Shown here: positions 59,936-64,000 of the stretch, one piece after another | Numbering within the stretch: position 1 is the stretch's first letter | Layout of the letters: every line of letters begins with the position of its first letter | From: Octopus bimaculoides | Taxonomy: Eukaryota | Direction: 5' to 3' | NCBI RefSeq assembly: GCF_001194135.2 | Contig: NC_069003.1 | Location: 36,489,718 to 36,553,717 of the forward strand | Length of the DNA stretch: 64,000 bases | Notes under the pieces: generated by a model | The model's database searches: none | What the model was told of the DNA's origin: nothing | Seen by the model: the letters and a program-made list of their open reading frames with translations, nothing else | Made by a program: the position numbers and the translations under genes

Positions 59936-61199
59936 TTATCATATCAAGATGATATTTTTTATATAAATAACACCAATATTAGTCTAAAATTCTGGCACAA
60001 GGCCAGCAATTTCGGGCTAAGGGGTAGGTCAATTACATCAACCCCCAGTGTTCAACCTGCACTTATTTTATTGACCCAACGAAATAAGTACCAGTTGAAC
60101 ACTGGGGTTAATGTAATCGACTTAACCTCTCCAAGCATTTTAATTAAAAATATTTAACAGATTTTTGTGCCTTCATTATAATTTGGTACTGCAATGTAGA
60201 TTATTAGAGCATCTCTATTGATGCCAGTTTCTCATATTCTTGGAGATTAATTCATTTAATGAAACCATTTATGCTGTATCTGAAAATACTAAAGAATGAG
60301 CAAAACTATTTCATACATAGAACCAAAAATATCTGTGGGGTTTTTTTGGGTTTTTTTCAAATTTTCTTTCCTTTGCAGTTTTTAGCAGATACATTGAGAG
60401 TAATAAAGAGAGTCAAAACATTTATATACAAAACATGTTTGTATTTACTCATCAGACTTAGATACCATCTTGTCCTTCTTACCCTTGACCCCCAATGGAA
60501 CAGTGTGGGTGTGACAGCTGGGAAGACATAGGACAGCATCAGCACTTGGATGGAACTCATTTCATGTGAATAAACTGGAGCAATGTGAAAGGAAATGCCT
60601 GACTGAAGGACACAGCTTAGCACCCAGCCCAGGAATTGAACTCACAGCCTTATGATCATCAACCCAACACCTCTTATCACCAGGCCACATGCTTTTGCAT
60701 TTCTCTTAAAAAGACATTTTAGTATAATTTTGAAATGGAGCTTTTTCCTCCATTGCACAGAAAATTCAGTATTTATTAACACAGGCAAGATTTATTAATG
60801 GTTATGAATTGCTAATACCAGTCCAGATGCCATTATGGTGTATTTTGGTTGGAAATTGGCAGACAGCCATTTATAATACTGACTTGAACTTTGTGCGTAG
60901 AAGTCGAATATTTTAACCAAATAAAACAATTGATCCTCTCTAACAGCTTCTTGCCACAGCAATTTATTCATCTAAAACTTGGAAATACAACAATAAAAAT
61001 GGAAAAATTTCTTCAGCCACAACCTTTTCATGACATTTTATTTGATAGAAGAATAGAGTGACCACATTGTTAAACAACATTTCTAAATGTTCTTACAGAA
61101 TTCCCAGACTCAGCTGAACAACAATAATCCATTCTGCTTACTAATTTTATTTCTTCTTCAATCTTCAGTACCGTAATTGATTCCATCAACTACAATACT

Positions 61200-61800
61200 G
61201 CCTCAGTTAACCTTAATTATGTCTTCATTAAACAGCAGACGGTAACTTATTACAGAATGTAATTACAGTCTTGTGCATAACAACCAGATGAAGACATTAA
61301 ATCTTCTGCTACAATTCTACACAGCTTTGCCAGACTTTGTAAAATATCAGAAAAGTATATGTTCGTGTATTTAAGAAGAAAATATTAGAATTTTTCTTCA
61401 TTTCTGGGATCTCTTCTGACCATTTTCAACAAAGATCCTTTGAGAACTTGTTATTGAATTAGGAGCGGGCAATCACCCATCCATATTCTTTAGAAGCTGC
61501 TCAAAGAAATCCAGAGACTTATCAGTGACCTTTTTCACCTCTTAATGTCTTATTTGGAATGGCCACAAAAACAGAGCCTACTTCCTTAGCAATGTGTAAA
61601 CTGCTGCCGTCTTGATCATGCAAACCCCATAGATGAAGATGCTGTGTTTGTGCTGGCCCTAGCCATGACTATGTCTGTTTCTCTGGCAAAGAATGTGGCT
61701 TGAAATAATTGTGAAAAGGTTGAACAATTTTCATGAAGCCGTTGGTCAAAAAGAATCAACATCTACAGTTGTGGTTACAAGGAAAGCCTTGATAAATTTA
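61200..61800 (-). mobile_element. Decayed CR1/L2 LINE RT C-terminal remnant
   Basis: GHSK*DIKR*KR, KMVRR and FCNKLPSAV resemble PHLKKDINRIER, ATKMVRG and WNKLPSAVV. Confidence 0.5.
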
Positions 61801-62116
61801 TAATCAACATATAATTAGATTAATTAATATATTGATACTTTAGAGATACTGCCACAAGTTTTATAGATGAGGATGCTTACAAAAATCTCTCCCTCCAAAT
61901 ATGTCCTTTGAAATAACCTGGCACTTCAGTCTAACAGATTGATTCTTTGTCTTTCACTCTTTCAAACAACTTCTTATGGTTTTTTTGTTTTTTTTAAATA
62001 CAAATGTGTGTTTAAATGTTTTGCTTAACTTGTATTTCTTTCTTATTTTGAGACATAACTTTCATATAGCTTTGTTATATTTAAATTTTGATTATGAAAA
62101 GATCTGTTGCTCTACA

Positions 62117-62270
62117 ACAGATGTGAGCCACCTTCTTTGAGAAACGGGCCACGTGAGACACAGCTCATCCCCAGACATGGCTGCACTACTAAATAAAAAA
62201 TCAAATTTTTGTTGATGTGCCATTCAGAAAGTCCTACGGGTCTCATGCAGCTCCAAGGCCACTGTTTGCT
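62117..62270 (+). mobile_element. hAT MITE copy
   Basis: ctttgagaaacgggccacgtgagacac...gtgccattcagaaagtcc is shared with 17715-17858. Confidence 0.6.
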
Positions 62271-63600
62271 CAAAACTGTTTTACATGTCCCTATGGTGTT
62301 AAGCCCCTCTTTATAATCTTTCATGCCTATGTAATGATTTGAAACCATTTGTTACTAAATCCCATTGGCTTCTTCCTTCAATGGGAATAAACAGCTTCTT
62401 GTTGATGATGATGATGATGATGATGCTACTGAGCACTCAGGTTCTCTCTACACCCACTGAGTACAAGGGTGAGTTGTAAGAAACAGCAGCAGATGACAAT
62501 GCCTTCTTATTGACTCTTCACAAATGATAAATCACTGCAGCATTCTTGGTGCCTATCCACTTCCTAATACTACAGATTCCTATATCCTATTTCCTGGAAT
62601 AAATTCTATAGTAAATTGGATCTGAAAACAGTATACCATCAGGTTCTGCTTCACAATGATGATGATGATGGTGATGATGATGATGGTGATGCACATTTCA
62701 AGTTAATGGATGTTTATTTCATTAGTGACTGTTTGGTATGACTAATGCTGTAAATGTTTTTTTCAAAAAATAATGGATGGTATAATTACTAGCAACGATA
62801 TTAACGATGTTATTATCGTTGGTAAAATTATCGAGGAAGATGAAGAGAACACGGCTAAATTTATTTCAACATTGAACAATGACAAATGTCTTTTATACCA
62901 AAACATGCAATTGTTGCCAAGGATACAAAAAAAATAAAATAAAAAAAAGGAGAAGATAATTCTCTGCAACTTGATCCCCCCAAAAATTGAAATCCTTTAT
63001 TATTTGATGCTTACCGGTACCAAATAACAACAACAATCGTTAGGTTTGTTTAGTAATTACTCTAAATGTGTGGCTCCTTTTGAAAAACTAATTCAGTTCC
63101 TGCTAACAGCCATTTTGCCATTGCACAAACAAAAGCAAAAACAACAATCTGATTCTATTCATTTGTGTACTTAAAAAACTTCAATAGTTAATGCATCACA
63201 AACTCTCTCTCTCCCCTTCTCCTTTTCCCCTCCTACTTTTCTTGATGTTCTTCTGCATGTTGGAACTGTTGCTTCTGGACTCATGGTATTCAATGTCCTT
63301 TCACAATGTAATAAACCTGCCACTTTCTTCTGCACAACTCCTTCTTATCCACATTAAAATCTCTTATCAGCCGAGAAAGATGTTTTGGCTATCCTAAAAA
63401 ATGTGTTAGGAAATAAGAGACCCTTATGTTATTTTTAGATAATTTAAATTACGCATGATCTTAATTATATTTAATGACTAAAGAAGAAGTAAAAGGAAGA
63501 GTGATAAGATTGTTTGTTGATTCAGAAATATTTGGCTGATAATTATTACATCAACACACAGCTACCCCCACCAAATAGTTCTTTATAACTTAGCAAATGT

Positions 63601-63705
63601 TACTCTCACCAGACACTCCTCTATAACATAGCTTTTGATACTCTCATCAGATGCTCTCCTATAACACAGCTACTGATACTCTCATCTGATACTCCTCTAT
63701 AACAT
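63601..63705. repeat. About 37-bp tandem repeat, ~3 copies
   Basis: atactctcatcagat..ctcctctataaca.agct unit repeated. Confidence 0.75.
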
Positions 63706-64000
63706 CTGGAATCACAGATTTACATCAGCTTTTGTGTTGTCCAGGAGAGACTTGGTGGTGGCACAATGTCAGTTCTAAGAATTAGCCATTTTCAATGAAA
63801 GCTGTTAGAAAAAGATCTCTAACAAATGCATTTCATGCTTGGAATAGAAACCGTAATTCTACCATTCTCCTCATGCCAAGATTATAATATCCCCACAACA
63901 ATTCAAGTATTTCAGTGTTGGTTTCAAAAATCTTCAACCATCATCTAACTCTCATCCCTGTTTGTGTTTATAGATGAATACTCAAGGTTTTCCTCTACGT

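Noticed and set aside
63601-63705. About 37-bp repeats at CRISPR-like length
   Set aside because: Head-to-tail minisatellite without unique spacers, in a eukaryotic context with no cas genes.

Overview
AT-rich, repeat-dense animal genomic DNA with several N gaps, most bordered by (AT)n or (CA)n tracts. The SINE and LINE families resemble those of Octopus; this is recognised from memory, not from a database search. I reconstructed three intron-containing genes by hand from splice sites and reading phases, all on the minus strand and in head-to-tail order. (1) An RS/RG-rich nuclear-type protein of about 560 aa with BCLAF1/THRAP3-like motifs (CDS 50792->33054). (2) A complete fukutin orthologue of 458 aa in 8 coding exons (28312->23676). 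(3) An inter-alpha-trypsin inhibitor heavy chain-like secreted protein with signal peptide, VIT, vWA and ITI-HC C-terminal domains (19923->~1465); one expected VIT exon was not found. The rest is tRNA-derived SINEs, LINE remnants (CR1/L2, Jockey-like, RTE), hAT and mariner fossils, MITEs with TIRs/TSDs, two long fold-back elements and microsatellites. I found no rRNA, genuine tRNA, CRISPR or prokaryotic features, and no clearly new biological system. The most interesting leads are the invertebrate BCLAF1/THRAP3-like gene with several candidate post-transcriptional control elements, the retained GDPH cleavage motif in the ITIH-like protein, the long hairpins, and a degenerate 10-bp periodic tract.
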